Shown: positions 49,101 through 61,507 of the stretch, one piece after another
Layout of the letters: every line of letters starts with the position of its first letter
How positions within the stretch are numbered: position 1 is the first letter of the stretch
NCBI GenBank assembly: GCA_017654855.1
Contig: CM030336.1
Location: 682,001-746,000, forward strand
DNA length: 64,000 bases
Direction of reading: 5' to 3'
Source: Podospora anserina
Taxonomy: Eukaryota
The notes under the pieces: generated by a model
What the model saw: only the letters and a program-made list of their open reading frames with translations
Databases searched by the model: none
Told to the model about the DNA's origin: nothing
Position numbers and translations under genes: made by a program

Positions 49101-49661
49101 CTGGCTACGCATCCAACTGCAACCGCTGGTACAAGGTTCGTTCCGGGGACCAGTGCGATACCATTGCCAGCCGTAACGGTATCACCATAGCCCAGATCCG
49201 TACTTGGAATAGCCAGGTCAACGCTGGTAAGTTGAGCCTTCTTCCATACATCTGTCTGCGTGACTGAAGCAAGTTCTTTCGTACCCCGACTGACAAACAG
49301 GACAGGCTGCACCAATCTCTGGCTCGACTACTACATTTGCATTGGCGTCCTTGTCACCGCACCGTCTCCGCTCATGCCTGGCACCGCTGGTACCTGTAAC
49401 CGTTGGCACTTGGTTGCATCTGGGGACCAGTGCGACAACATCGCCTCGAGAAACGGCATCACCGTGGCCCAGTTTAGGTCTTGGAACACGCAGGTCAATG
49501 CCGGTAAGTCTACCCATTTGTCTCGTCGACGACAGACCCCTACTCCAGTGCTGACATGACTTGATTGTACCTACCTAGGCTGCACCAATCTTTGGTTGGG
49601 TTACTACGTGTGCACCCGTGCTGAGCCTGCTGCGGGGGCTTTGAGATGCTTGGTTTTATAA
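46160..49661 (+). pseudogene. Secreted multi-LysM protein (5 LysM domains) disrupted by a transposon, a frameshift and stops
   Basis: Repeats of NCNRWxKVxSGDQCD..NGI..QxRxWN..CxNLWLDYYVC. Frameshift near 46220, TE at 46369-48312, stops at 48434-48436 and 48641-48643. Confidence 0.88.
46369..48312 (-). mobile_element. pogo/Fot1-like (Tc1/mariner superfamily) DNA transposon, 1944 bp, RIP-inactivated
   Basis: About 30-bp TIRs GG(G/T)TGGATGACCAGGAAATGGCCCACCCAC; TA target duplication at 46367-46368 and 48313-48314; transposase starts at 48124 with MAKYTEEDL..GVPRSTL (HTH); the DDE region is full of TAA/TAG stops. Confidence 0.95.
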
Positions 49662-50266
49662 GTGATGAAGGAGGCTGTGGTTTTACGGTCCTTCTGCCGG
49701 TTGGGAGTCTGCGTCAATCAGCAAAGTCCCAGGCTGAGATCACCGTTCTGGATTCATCTCAAGAATCAATCGAGGATTCTAGAGACAGGAGGTTTACAAA
49801 TATGGTGATTATGTAATTGTGGAGATAACCGCCGCGGAGTCCGATCTGGTTCCATGGCACGGATGACGTCTGCGGAAATCAACGACAAGCAATGGTGCTC
49901 CGAATTGTCCATGTACTTACTGTTCATCCAACATCTCATAGCACTGTGATTATCTTTGTTGTGTCTGTCATTTCCAGTGTATCTACTCGCGATCGGGTGT
50001 ATTATTGCGTCTTCTTTTTTTCGGCTTTTGGGGAACCATTTTTGGGGAAAATGGCTCCTGTAATTAACCCGCAAGCATCAAGTCTCCAAGATGGCCAAGC
50101 ATTTCTCCACGTCGAGCTTTGGGAAGATTACTAATGACCATTGGCCCATTTGACAGCTGAACTTTGAATATATCTACGCATCCTCATCATGTAAACTGAC
50201 CATACGTTTCTCTAAACTTGAGATTTCGTCTCACACAGCATCGACTCTAGTTCTCCAATTTCCGTC

Positions 50267-51479
50267 ATGCCTATTCCAGAGACATACAAAGCCTTCAGGC
50301 GCACCACCGGCGACCTGCCGAGGACCATCGTCCCCTCAACTGAACCCATGGTGCAAGAGCTTGCGCCGCACGATGTCCTCCTCAAGATCCACGCCGTCTC
50401 CCTCAACTTTCGTGATGTCGGCATGCTGAACGGGCGCTACCCAGTGGATGTGATTGAGCGTGGCATTCCGTGCTCCGACGCAGCTGCTGAGGTTGCGGCT
50501 ATCGGAAGCGCGGTGAAGGATTTCGCCATCGGAGACCATGTTTCGGTCAATTTCGATCTCGGCCATCTTGTTGCAGGCGATGACGAGCCGATGCAGGCAC
50601 TTGGGGGTGATGTTGATGGCGTTCTGAGGGAGTATGCGGTTTTTGAGGATAAGGAGCTTGTGCAATTGCCCAAGCACTTGTCGTGGGAAGAGGCATCCAC
50701 TATCGCGTGTGCCGGTGTCACGGCTTGGACTGCTCTCGACAACTTGAAAGCGCCGAATCCTAGAAGTGCCTTGTTGCAAGGTTTGTGTCTCATTTACTGA
50801 CCCATGATAGTGAAATAGTGACTGACGGATTGAGCTAGGCACGGGAGGCGTCAGTCTGTTTGCTTTGCTGATATGCCTTGCCGCGGGCATCAAACCAATC
50901 ATCACGTCCTCCTCTGACAAAAAGCTTGAGGAAATCCGAAAGCTCAGCTCTGATGTCGGTACCATTAACTACAAGACCGTCTCTGACCAAGTCTCGGAAG
51001 TGAAGCGCCTCACCGACGGCAAGGGCGTCGACTTTGTCATTAACAACACTGGACCGGCGTCTCTTCCGGAAGATATCAGTTTCTTGCGTTCACGTGGTGG
51101 TGTCGTCTCTCTTGTTGGCTTTTTGGCCGGTTTCAATGGCGACTGGCAGCCAAGTGCTATCATGGCGTTGATGTCGAAGTTTGCGAAGTTGAAGTAAGCT
51201 ATTTCCACTGCCATAAAAGAATATTCTTTGTTCTTTTCCTTTGTTTCTTTTTTCTGGATTGCCAAGGACAATGATTTCACTAACGATGAGTGATCCAGGG
51301 GTATTGGTGTCGGCTCCAAGCAGGATTTCGTGGAGCTGAATCAGTTTCTGGCTGAGAAAAAGGTATCCCTTGCCCCGCTCGTTGACCGAGTCTTTACGTT
51401 TGATGAATCACCGGCCGCGTTCGACTATTTGTACTCTGGCAGCCATGTGGGCAAGGTCATTATCAAGGTGCAGGACTAG
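50267..51479 (+). CDS. MDR-family (zinc-type alcohol dehydrogenase-like / quinone oxidoreductase-like) protein
   Basis: AVSLNFRD, IPCSDAAAEV, EASTIACAGVTAW, LLQ|GTGGVS, HVGKVII; two introns. Confidence 0.9.
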
Positions 51480-52489
51480 ACATGACCTCCTTAGCACATT
51501 GCTAGCTGGAGGTCTTGCGGGAAGACGAGTTTGCAGGCAACTGGTGGCATGATGTTCATTTTGAAGGATGTGGGCAATTGTAATATGATCCAACGGATTC
51601 TGCATGGGATGAAGATATGAGGGTGGCTTTGGCACGCGAACGGAATTAGGGAACAATGTTTGTCTGGTCTTTGCATCGAAGTGTCTTCACATGTTCTGGG
51701 CCTTGAGTACATCCTCTCAGAAATTAACAGTTTTTAAATACAAATAGAACGTCTCCCGCTAGTTTCCATTGGCATGGGAATCTCCAACCTTGCTCAAGGT
51801 CTCCAAACATATATTAATCAGGCATTTCTTCATGGGCGTGGTGCTGTTATCAAACACTTTACTACCTTACGGAGGTTGAGATGAACAACTGAAGAAGCTG
51901 AGAGAAACGACTGAAGTAGCTGGGATTTGGCTGAGGCTAAGGATCAAGAGAGCTGGGACAAAGGGTTACTAGGTAGGTAACAAGCTCATATGGCCTTAGA
52001 CAACTGGCCCTGTCACCCATTTCAACCATTGTTCACAGAGCAACACACCCCGCAATATAATCCTTCTGGATACCACACCGTCACAATACTCCACAATATC
52101 TCCCCTTCTCTCCTTACACAGCCTCACCAGCAGATCTTTCCAAACACGAGGTACTTATGCAGAAGCCGCCCCATTGGACTTGCCTACCTACTGTGGTATA
52201 TTACTGAAAGGCAGGAGTGCACTATGTCTTTGAGGTAGTACCTATCTTACAATGCATTGTGGTTTATTGTGTAGGCATCTATCTATAGGTACCTTGGTGG
52301 GCAAACCGGTGCCAAGTCATATCAAGCGAGTGTGGGCAATGAAACGCCTATTTCCCTCCCTGACAGTTACATGTGCTTACTGAGCGCATCTCTATAGAAC
52401 CTGAATAAATCACTCTCACAACCTTCAGTTTTGCGTCCCATGCTGGACCAGAACCCCAACCTTGACACGCCCATCAACCTGAGAGTTAC

Positions 52490-53406
52490 TCAGCTATCCG
52501 AGTCAGGGTTGAAGCCAGGCACCTGATCACCGGCCGCCGCCTTCAGAGCAGCAGCAAAGTCGGCATCATTGAGCTTCGGCTTGGCATCCTGGTGGAAGTT
52601 GACCAACTTTGTCCGCAAGTCAACAGTCGGGTAGTGGTTCCATCCGACCAGCTCACCGAGAAACCACTCGCCGGTGTAATTCTCGATATCATCGTCGGCC
52701 TCGGCGGCCATCCTGACGCAGTGAGTCCGGGCACCATCCTTGTGGTAGACGATCTTGGCGCGTGTGCCATCGTGCAGGCGCGGCTCGTTGGTAGCTGTCG
52801 GGTACTCATTGTGGCATGAGGGAGCGACACGCTTGACTTGGTCGTCCTGGACGAACACAATGACGTGCTCCCAGTCGTGGGGGTGACCGTTGCCCCAGGC
52901 GGGACCGCAGATGAGCTGGTCCTTCTCGAAATAGTACTCGTACATGATGGCACACCATCCCTGGTGTCAATCGCGAGTTAGCAGGTGATTGGAAAACTCC
53001 GCCGGAAGGGGGAACTTACATTGTTGCACCGCGCGCGACTGTAGACGTTGTTGCTTTGCAGGCGGTTCTCCTCACGGCAGTTTTGGGCCAGGCAACCAGG
53101 GGGCACGCCGTCACCGGGGTTATGGATTCCGTTGTTGAGGTTGCCCTGGTCGTCCATGGCCGAGGTGTAGTAACAGCCATCGCCATCAAAGTCCAAGACA
53201 GGTTGGAACCGGTGCTCAATGTCGTCGGCACCGTTGGGCAATCTTCCGATCACATCACGCTTGGTGATGTTGACCTCGGGGTCAAGGCCAATCGTCGTCA
53301 GGAACGAAGGCGTGGACACAGCAGCGTTGGCGCTGGCGACGGGGGAGGCACGCACGCCGGAGAGAACAGCGGCGCCGACGATGAAGGCGGCGGTAAGGGA
53401 AGACAT
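52490..53406 (-). CDS. Nep1-like protein (NPP1 domain), secreted
   Basis: Signal peptide; FQPVLDFDGDGCY; AIMYEYYFEKD; heptapeptide GHPHDWE; one intron at about 52962-53019. Confidence 0.92.
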
Positions 53407-55175
53407 GTCGAAAATGTTTTTCTGTTGGTTCCTGAAGTCTAAGGTATGGCTGCTTGCTCTTGTTGGGCTTTGTGAGGCTGGATGAGGATGAGAAGGGGAA
53501 AACAAGACTTCATGTCGACATGAACTGGGTTTTATATACCTGTCCTAAGCATTACCGACAGGACGTAAACTACAAGTTATCTCTTCAGTCTTGGTGTAAG
53601 GATGCGCAAGGCATTCCATCGCCATAGTTGGTTAGGTCTTCAACTCCCAGAGTCCGAGACCATCCTTCAGCTTACTGTCGATCTGTGAAGCTGCAAGGTT
53701 GCCCGCCGTAAAGGTTTGATCACTTAAGTAAGAGGAAGTTGACAAGATCAACATGATCCTTGGTTTATTCTGTATCAGGTATATCAAAAGGACTGCTGCG
53801 CTGGGGACCACAAACGCCGACTCCCACGTGTAGAAGGTAGCACGCTGAAATGGCACAGCCCTAGTTACGTCAGCTCTGTTAGCCGAGCCTTAGCGCTAGA
53901 TGTGCTATGATTTGGTAGGAAGAGGGTATGACGCAGTGAAGATAGGTGGTATTGGAGGCGCTTACCTGTATTGTTGATGTTCCTTCGGGCCACCTTGGCA
54001 GAGGATGAGTCCGGCGCAGTGGTACTACATGTTATTGCTTTTCCGACCTTGCCTCGAAGCCGTTTTCTTCCAGACTACAGAGAGCACCTCAGCTCCAGTA
54101 AACCAAGCTATGACACGACGTATCTCGAGGAGAATCTCGATGGACAACCTGACAACGATCGTCAGCCTGACCATGAGTGGTGTCATGTGGGGCACCAAAG
54201 GGCCCAGGTTTTCCCAGACCCACACCGGTTTGCTCTTGGGGCTGGATTTTCTTACTGTTTACTTTTAAAAACAACCAACTACTGTAATACCAATTTGCTT
54301 ACCATTTTTTGGCCATTTTAGCCTCATTTTCGCAGCCAGTGACTTTCCTAGGTCGCCAGCCCAACACGTCAGCATAGCTCCGAAAGGCATCTCCTGGGAC
54401 CCCAGCTACCCAAATGACCTGGCCTATATGGAACCCACTCCTCCTGTGATATCATAGGCAATGGCCGCACGGGACCTGGTGACCTCAGTGAGTACTGGTA
54501 ATCTTCTTACGGATATAGAGACTCAAATATGTTCTTCCATCACCCACTTGCACCTGAACATCGTCAGCAGGGTTTCTGACTTTCTTGGATCAGCCAAGTC
54601 ATTGTCGATTGGCTGTTGTACTCAAATCGAAATGAATACCTATATGCAGACTATCGCGTAAACTAATGCATGGAAGCCGGACCTTCATTCTTGGTCAGAT
54701 CCGTGGCACCCAGACAGGAACAAAAGTTGGTACAAAGAGGCACGGCTCCTCGGACTTCAGCTTCCTCGCCCGGCAGGCAAGTCCTTTTAGGCTGCTGCGC
54801 AGTCACTTATTGATCGTCACTGCTCTCGTCAGCAGCCTAACTGCTCAAATTAATGATCACCAGTGCTAACTCCTTCTTCTGTTCTATTTTCGAGAGGTAG
54901 GTATACAAAATTTGCACGCAAGGCTTGGCCACCAAGTCACCACCTAGGTGGATCTGCCGTATTCCCTCCCAATCTCAAGTGCCCCCAGCCCCTTTCTTTT
55001 TTCCACATTACCAGTCTGACCTTGGATTCATTTCACCCAGGACGTCATTGATGTGCCTCATCATGTCCATTTTTCATCACCAAGAAGCTCCCTTCAACAG
55101 CCGGGAAGACCTGGACTATACAGCAAGTTAGTACCTAGGTAGATAGATACCCTATCTCCATGACCTGTACCCTCA

Positions 55176-56410
55176 TCAAGGACCCGAGGGAGAAACAGGA
55201 TGCTGCCAAGCCTGGTACGCAATCCATGTCTGGTAACAGGTGACCGCCAACGACGCCATACCAAGCAGCACAGCAAAAGCAACACCGCAGAGGGTAGCCA
55301 TCAGCATGTACCTCGCCCCGCTCTTCCGTTCCAGTCGCCTGCCCAGCCAGCCCCGTGGCCTGGGAGTCTGCAGCTCATTGTGCAGCGCGGCCAGCCTGTC
55401 GGCGAGAAATACGTATTCGATGCTCTCCTCGCCTGTCTTGCGTATGGTGCTGACCTCCAGGTGCTGGATATCAGGATCAAGAGAGTATTGTTCTGTCAGA
55501 GACCGGAGAAGCCTTTTTGACTTTGGATCGCTCAACGGAAAGATGATGGTTTGGAGGGAGTCTAGAATCTCGAGAACCAGTTGACGCGGGAGAGCTCCAC
55601 TGTTGTGTCGTTAGACAGCTGGTTTCTCTTTTGTTTCGGAGGGAACTCAGATACTTACACTCTGATAGAGTTAGATGGAAGGGAAAAGTCTCCATCACTT
55701 TTCGTCAGCCGAAGCTGTTCTTTGAGGAACGCGGTATGGTGATATATTTCGAGTGTATTCTGGTTTCGATCCAATTTCAAGTGGTCCTGAATATCGTGGG
55801 TATCCCGAAACCGCATTCGTAGTCGTTTTTGGAGTTTGACGGCACGAAGTTCTGACTTCATCTCGATGGAAGAAAGGCTTTCGTTGAAGCTGAGAATCGG
55901 ATGGTTCGTGGTGGGAAATAGGTCCTGTATGTATTTGCTAAATGGAACGTCATCCTTCCAGTGGAGCCTGTATGTACCCGTCTCTAGACGGTCCGGTGAC
56001 TGATAGAGCGCTGAGCAATCTATCATGGTGAGGACATTGACCACAAGACTGCTGGCATTGAGTAGATTACTTCGCCTTGGTTCTCTGTGGGCCCCTTGAT
56101 TGGCGATGAAGGCACAAAGCTCTGCTCGGGTGAGATCTGGGTTTGCCTTTAATTGGAGAATCGCATGGTGAAGATCCTGGTGTGTTTTGAATAGCCTGTT
56201 TTCGGGAGAGCAGCTGTCGACATAGTTCAAGATCAGTGCTTTGTAAAACTGGAAAAAGCGTCGAAGTTGGCCGATTCGTCGATGAGGACAGCTCCTTGAA
56301 TTGCACTCTTTCCCAGACTCAAGATCATTGCAAAATTCCCAGCCCCAAAGGACTTTTCCCAGCCTTGGGAAGAGTGAATCTTCGACAGAATTCAGTGGTA
56401 GTGCAGACAT
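55176..56410 (-). CDS. Hypothetical protein with C-terminal transmembrane segment(s)
   Basis: ORFs 55655-56437 and 55176-55535 are joined by a GTAAGT..CTAAC..CAG intron (about 55600-55658); C-terminus YMLMATLCGVAFAVLLGMASLAVTCYQTWIAYQAW. Confidence 0.75.
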
Positions 56411-56858
56411 GGCGGTTCGTAGATCCAAGAAAATCAATCTTGGTGAAGGAAATCAAGCCTCGATCACAAGTCTGTAGGTAGGTGATTGAAGTATTGTAAC
56501 ACACCTCCATGACTGGCTTCGGGTTTCGGTGAGGGGGTACAACAGCTGCCGATGCCGGACTCGGGGAATGCTTGCGCATCTAGGCAACGCAGTCCAATCG
56601 CAGATCTTGGCTCAAGCCTTCACGCATCGCGGGCGGCGGCGCAGTTGCTCAGCCTTTGGGCAGCCAGCATTGGGTACCGATTAGCAAGTGCGGGGATATA
56701 GGCCTCGTTCTGCGTGCAATTGTGTCTGGATGGATCATCCCGTAGGTACGTCAAGCGAATTTTGGATGACTGCGGAAGGCATCCTCTTCCGACATCTTTG
56801 TCTCCCTCCCCCTTTCCATCGACGACCACTGGAATTCTACCTTTAATTACCTGTTAGC

Positions 56859-59050
56859 ATGACGTCTCTACTTCGCGCGATCAAGATTCAGAACCACAGT
56901 TCCGACAATACTGCACTTCTGCCAATGCGAGTCAACCCTCCTCGTGCTGAACCGGATGCTGCCCAGCTGAAAGAGAAGCTTGCTTCTCTGAATCTAAAGG
57001 GCGATGTTTCCGCTGCACAAATCAGCGCGGAGCTCGAAAAGTCTCCCAGTCCGCAAGATGCGGATGCATTCTCTGTAGCCGCGAGCGGAGCCGATTCAGG
57101 CTACGGGTCAACTGCCTCCACTCCCCAAGAAAACAAACACAATTTCTTGGATCGGACATCGGTCCCTGTCTCTGTTCCTCAGGTCTTCGACAAGCCAATT
57201 TCCGACGACCAACGGGATCGTTTCTTCGACTTCAGATACCAATACACCAACTCGCTCTGGAAAGCGATATCCAAGGGGAATAAGAAAGCGCACCCGGGGG
57301 ACATTTCAATGAAGTTGAAGTACATGGGCTCTGACGAGGAGTCGGCCAAGCTTTTCATCGTTATACAGTGTGAGAAACGCGTTGCAAAAAGGGTGAGACA
57401 CTTTTTTGCTCAGGAACACATCCAACAAGATCTGAAGCCCGATTTCGAAGTCTATATCTTAGACAAGGGTGTAATACGCCTGTCAACAGAGGACACGCTT
57501 GACGTCTTTGCCCATCTTGACGGGAGAGTTACGTTTTGCGGTATGAGCATCCGTATGGTGGTCGATGCAGCAGAAACAATTGCAACATTTGGCGGCTTAA
57601 TAACCGTCACCAGAGGAGAAATCACTGAAGTGTTTGGGCTCACAGCAAGTCATCCAGTGGAAGGGAGCAATGACCTTGACCGGTCGGATGACGATGATTT
57701 CGACTCAGAGGAGTTTACAGACACAGATTCGATATCTGAGCTAAACGAGAGCGACGCATACCCACAACCGAGCCACTCTCCGAAGTTAAATGCGATGACC
57801 TCGATTGGTAAAGTCGCCCATGATTCCCTTCGCCTTTCCTCAACAACTTCAGCCAACCATGACTGGGCTCTGATTAAGTTGAACACTGCCGTTCTTCTCC
57901 CCAACCTCGCCCCCGATAGCCACCCGCCAAGCATTTTTGGAATCAATCTGTTAGCCTCCAGAGTGCCGTTGCAACCACAGCAGAAGATAGACGTGGTTGT
58001 TATGACCAGCCACGGTCTCCAAAAGGGATCTCTAGTGTCTAATGGGTCATCTATCATGATGTTCCCAGGAAGGACCTTTTTGCAGACTCTAGACCTCGTC
58101 CTGCGCTCCGACTCAGGTATGATGGTCAACCCTCGCCCTTTCCATGCTGACACATAGCTAATATCTATTTAGAGCTCCGTCCTGGAGATTCGGGATCATG
58201 GGTGGTGAGCGAGACCACACACGAAGTATACGGTCACGTCATATCTGTGGATGCGCTTGGCGAGGCTCATGTAGTCCCTTTAGAGAGCACATTGTCTGAT
58301 ATTCGAGCACAGCTTGATGTGGATGAAGTCGCTCTCCCAACAAAGGCCGATCTGGAACTGTCTTGGACCGAAACGCCAAAGATTACAGGGAATTCCGCTA
58401 TGCCCATGGGCGACTATGAGCTTGGCCAAGACCATGATATAGCAGAGACCCAACACAAAGTCGGCTTGCATGGCCTCACCCAAGAAAAGCATCAGCCAGC
58501 TTGCACGATACGAGAGATTACGGACTCCTCAGACAGCGCCTTGTCAGTTCTGCAGCCCGTTCTTAGAGTTCCACTGCCTCTGAGCGCCCTCGCGGAGCAA
58601 TCCAGGCAATTCGCCAAAAAACAGAACGAAGTCTATCTTTTCAGAAAACTATTAGACAGCCACGTGACAACTCTTGGGGAGCAGTCTACACCCACCCTAC
58701 CATCTTTGCACCCTATGACAGAAGCCCTGTCAGGGAGCTCGAAAAGAAATGGAAAGCAACGATTGAGCGGTCTATATCACCGACTGAAGGTGAGGCTTTC
58801 GAGAAGGAACAAGGTGCTGGAGACTCGTGAAAGGGTGATGAACTGGGTGACCCCTCCGTCCGCGACTTCATATCCCTGTGTTTCGCCCTATAGCCAGGTC
58901 GATTCACCGCATCATCAGCAGAGCGTGCATTCGTCTGCAAAACCTTCCATCGAGCCTGACTCGGGTTATTCATCCATGATTAGCTCGCCGGCGCCCAGGC
59001 CACTTTTGTCAACTGATTCGCCAAGCAACCTCTTAGAATATTCCGGTTGA
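56859..59050 (+). CDS. Protein with a trypsin-like (PA clan) serine protease domain
   Basis: GLTASH (His), HDWALIKL (Asp) and, after intron 58117-58172, LRPGDSGSWVV (Ser); splicing keeps frame into ORF 58202-59050; no signal peptide. Confidence 0.8.
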
Positions 59051-59283
59051 CATCTTGAGTGTCAGGTGGGTGTCTAACTACAGACCAGGGGGTTAAGGCC
59101 CAATCTATAGATCAATAGACGTTGGATAGCCCTGAAGCCGTCCTTACCTCGATGCTTACCTTTCCAGATTTCGTGTTTGTGCTGTGCCACCTTATGCATG
59201 CCATGATCCAACATTACCCCGCACTCCAAGACACGCGGATCACCATTTATCCACAAGGCACTATCTACCTCTTGAAGCCAAAC

Positions 59284-61507
59284 ATGGATCGAAATATGAA
59301 GGCAAAAACCCTCTGCCCAGAATGTGTCGGGATCACTTTCGATGATGTAGCGGGCGACGCAATTGGAGCATTGGACCTCATGACTTGCTGGGAGAGAGGT
59401 GACACGCTCCCGGACCTACCTCACTTCAGCTTGTCGGCAAAGAACGGTTGCAGCTTTTGCGCATTCCTTTGCCATCTGCTCCGGGAACGACTCCCTAAGC
59501 AATATGCCGCCGTTACAGAGACAGCAGGGTGCCCTCGGGTTGTTACAGTTAAACTGGACACCCCGGCATATACGATGCGCTCAGACTTGATGGTTGTCAC
59601 GAATGATCTCGCTGGAAATAATGACGCCGAGGAAGAGGATGGCCTTCACTCACTTTGTTTGACCTTTGGGTCTAAGGGATGGCCGCAAGACTGGCGGGTG
59701 CGCGTGAGGGTATATCAACATCCCGGCTCCAGTACGTCGCTCTTGATGTCCAAGTTGGTCGTTACCGAATCGAGGGCTTACATACATTGCAGCGGCTGTC
59801 TCTGAAAGTCTGGGAATTACTCTGAAAGTACCATCAACCGACGTACTCAACCAGGGTAGTATACAGACTCTTGAAACCTGGCTGAGAACCTGCGACGACG
59901 AGCATCCAAGTTGCCAAAACGTGGACTCCAGCTGGCTTCCCACGAGGCTCATATACATAGGAACACATGATGGTATAACCCCCCGTTTGATTCAGGTCTC
60001 CGGGGCCAGCCTTCCTTTGACGACGCGGTACATTGCCCTAAGCTATTGCTGGGGTCCCCCATCTCAGACCCGACCACAGCTAACCACCACCATCGCAACG
60101 CTGCCTCAACGGCTTGAAACAATCCCAGAGCATATAATGCCAGGCACCCATCGGGACTTGGTCCTCTTGGCCCGTCGCCTAGGCATACAGTATATCTGGA
60201 TAGATGCTCTCTGCATCATCCAGGACAACCGTAAGGACTGGGAGACCGAAGCGGCATTAATGTTTCGGGTGTACCGCCACGCCTATCTGACTGTCGTTGC
60301 CGCAGCTGGAGATTCATGTCATTCTGGGTTCTTGTCTCGACCTGGAGTTGGCCCACTTGCTGTTGTCCCCTTTCAGTCACGATCGGGAACCGTGTCAGGC
60401 TCGTATCTACTCTCTTGGCATCAAGAGTACAGTGCCTGGGACGCAAACAACCCCAGCCATATGTCTGGCTGCTCGTGGGCGACGCGTGGCTGGACGCTGC
60501 AGGAAGATGTCCTGTCGAGCAGGGTGGTGTACTTTCGGGACACGACGTCGTTCTTTCGGTGTCAGACACAACGGTGTTTGGAGCATAGCACTACAGTCTA
60601 CAGAAATGTTCATCGCTGGCAGGAAAGACTTAGTTCTTCTGCCTTGGCTGGTCCATCAGACGACAACAGCAGCAAGACGACAGAGGGAAGAGACAAGACG
60701 AACCTCTACAAATTGTGGCGGGCCATGGTTGCGGAGTACTCCCTCCGGAACCTCACGGTCGAGGAAGATAAACTGCCGGCAATATCCGGTCTGGCTCGGA
60801 GCTTCAATGTTGGACTTGATGACCAATACTTTGCAGGACTATGGAGAGGTGACTTTGTGAGGGCGCTGCTCTGGTCCACCCGCCACGACGCGGTCAAACC
60901 AGCCAAATTCTGTGCGCCGTCTTGGAGCTGGGCTTCGTGGAAAGGTGAGGTTGGATGGTCAAAGTCTCATTCCCTTCCACTGGTAACGGAGTGCAAGATT
61001 CGCCACATTTATGTGGCGCCCTTGGGTTCAGATCTATTCGGCAGGGTGAAAGGTGGTTACGTCGACCTGACTGGGTCGTTGCGTCCGGTTTCGCTACGCC
61101 CAACAGACGTTAGCGTTCTGGCTGATAATGATCCCTATAGGGTTGATTTGTTTCAAGAGGGGGTTGTGGAGGCGTGGGCTCGAGGCGCAATAGATGGCTT
61201 CACGTCGTCGGGATTGAGGAACAATGGCAGTTACAAGGAGCCAGATGTTGCCAAACTGGACTGTCTTACAGATATTCAGGCATTAGTTCTAGCCTTTGGC
61301 TCGGCTCCAGTGGGTGTAGATCCTGACACAGACGATTTGATATTCTCGCAGCCGGAGTATCCAGTTGGCCTGCTGGTGGTGGCAGAGAAGAACAGCAGTC
61401 TGATGGATATGCCCACATACAGACGAGTTGGCGTTTTTCAGGCGCAGACTACGGCGGCTCAGGGACTACAGGCTGAGAAGTCCGTTTTCGATATCAGGCT
61501 TATTTAA
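59284..61507 (+). CDS. HET-domain (PF06985-type) protein
   Basis: LPTRLI, YIALSYCWG, YIWIDALCIIQD, WATRGWTLQE, DKLPAISGLA, APSWSWAS; N-terminal CxxC motifs; intron 59732-59792 keeps frame. Confidence 0.92.
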
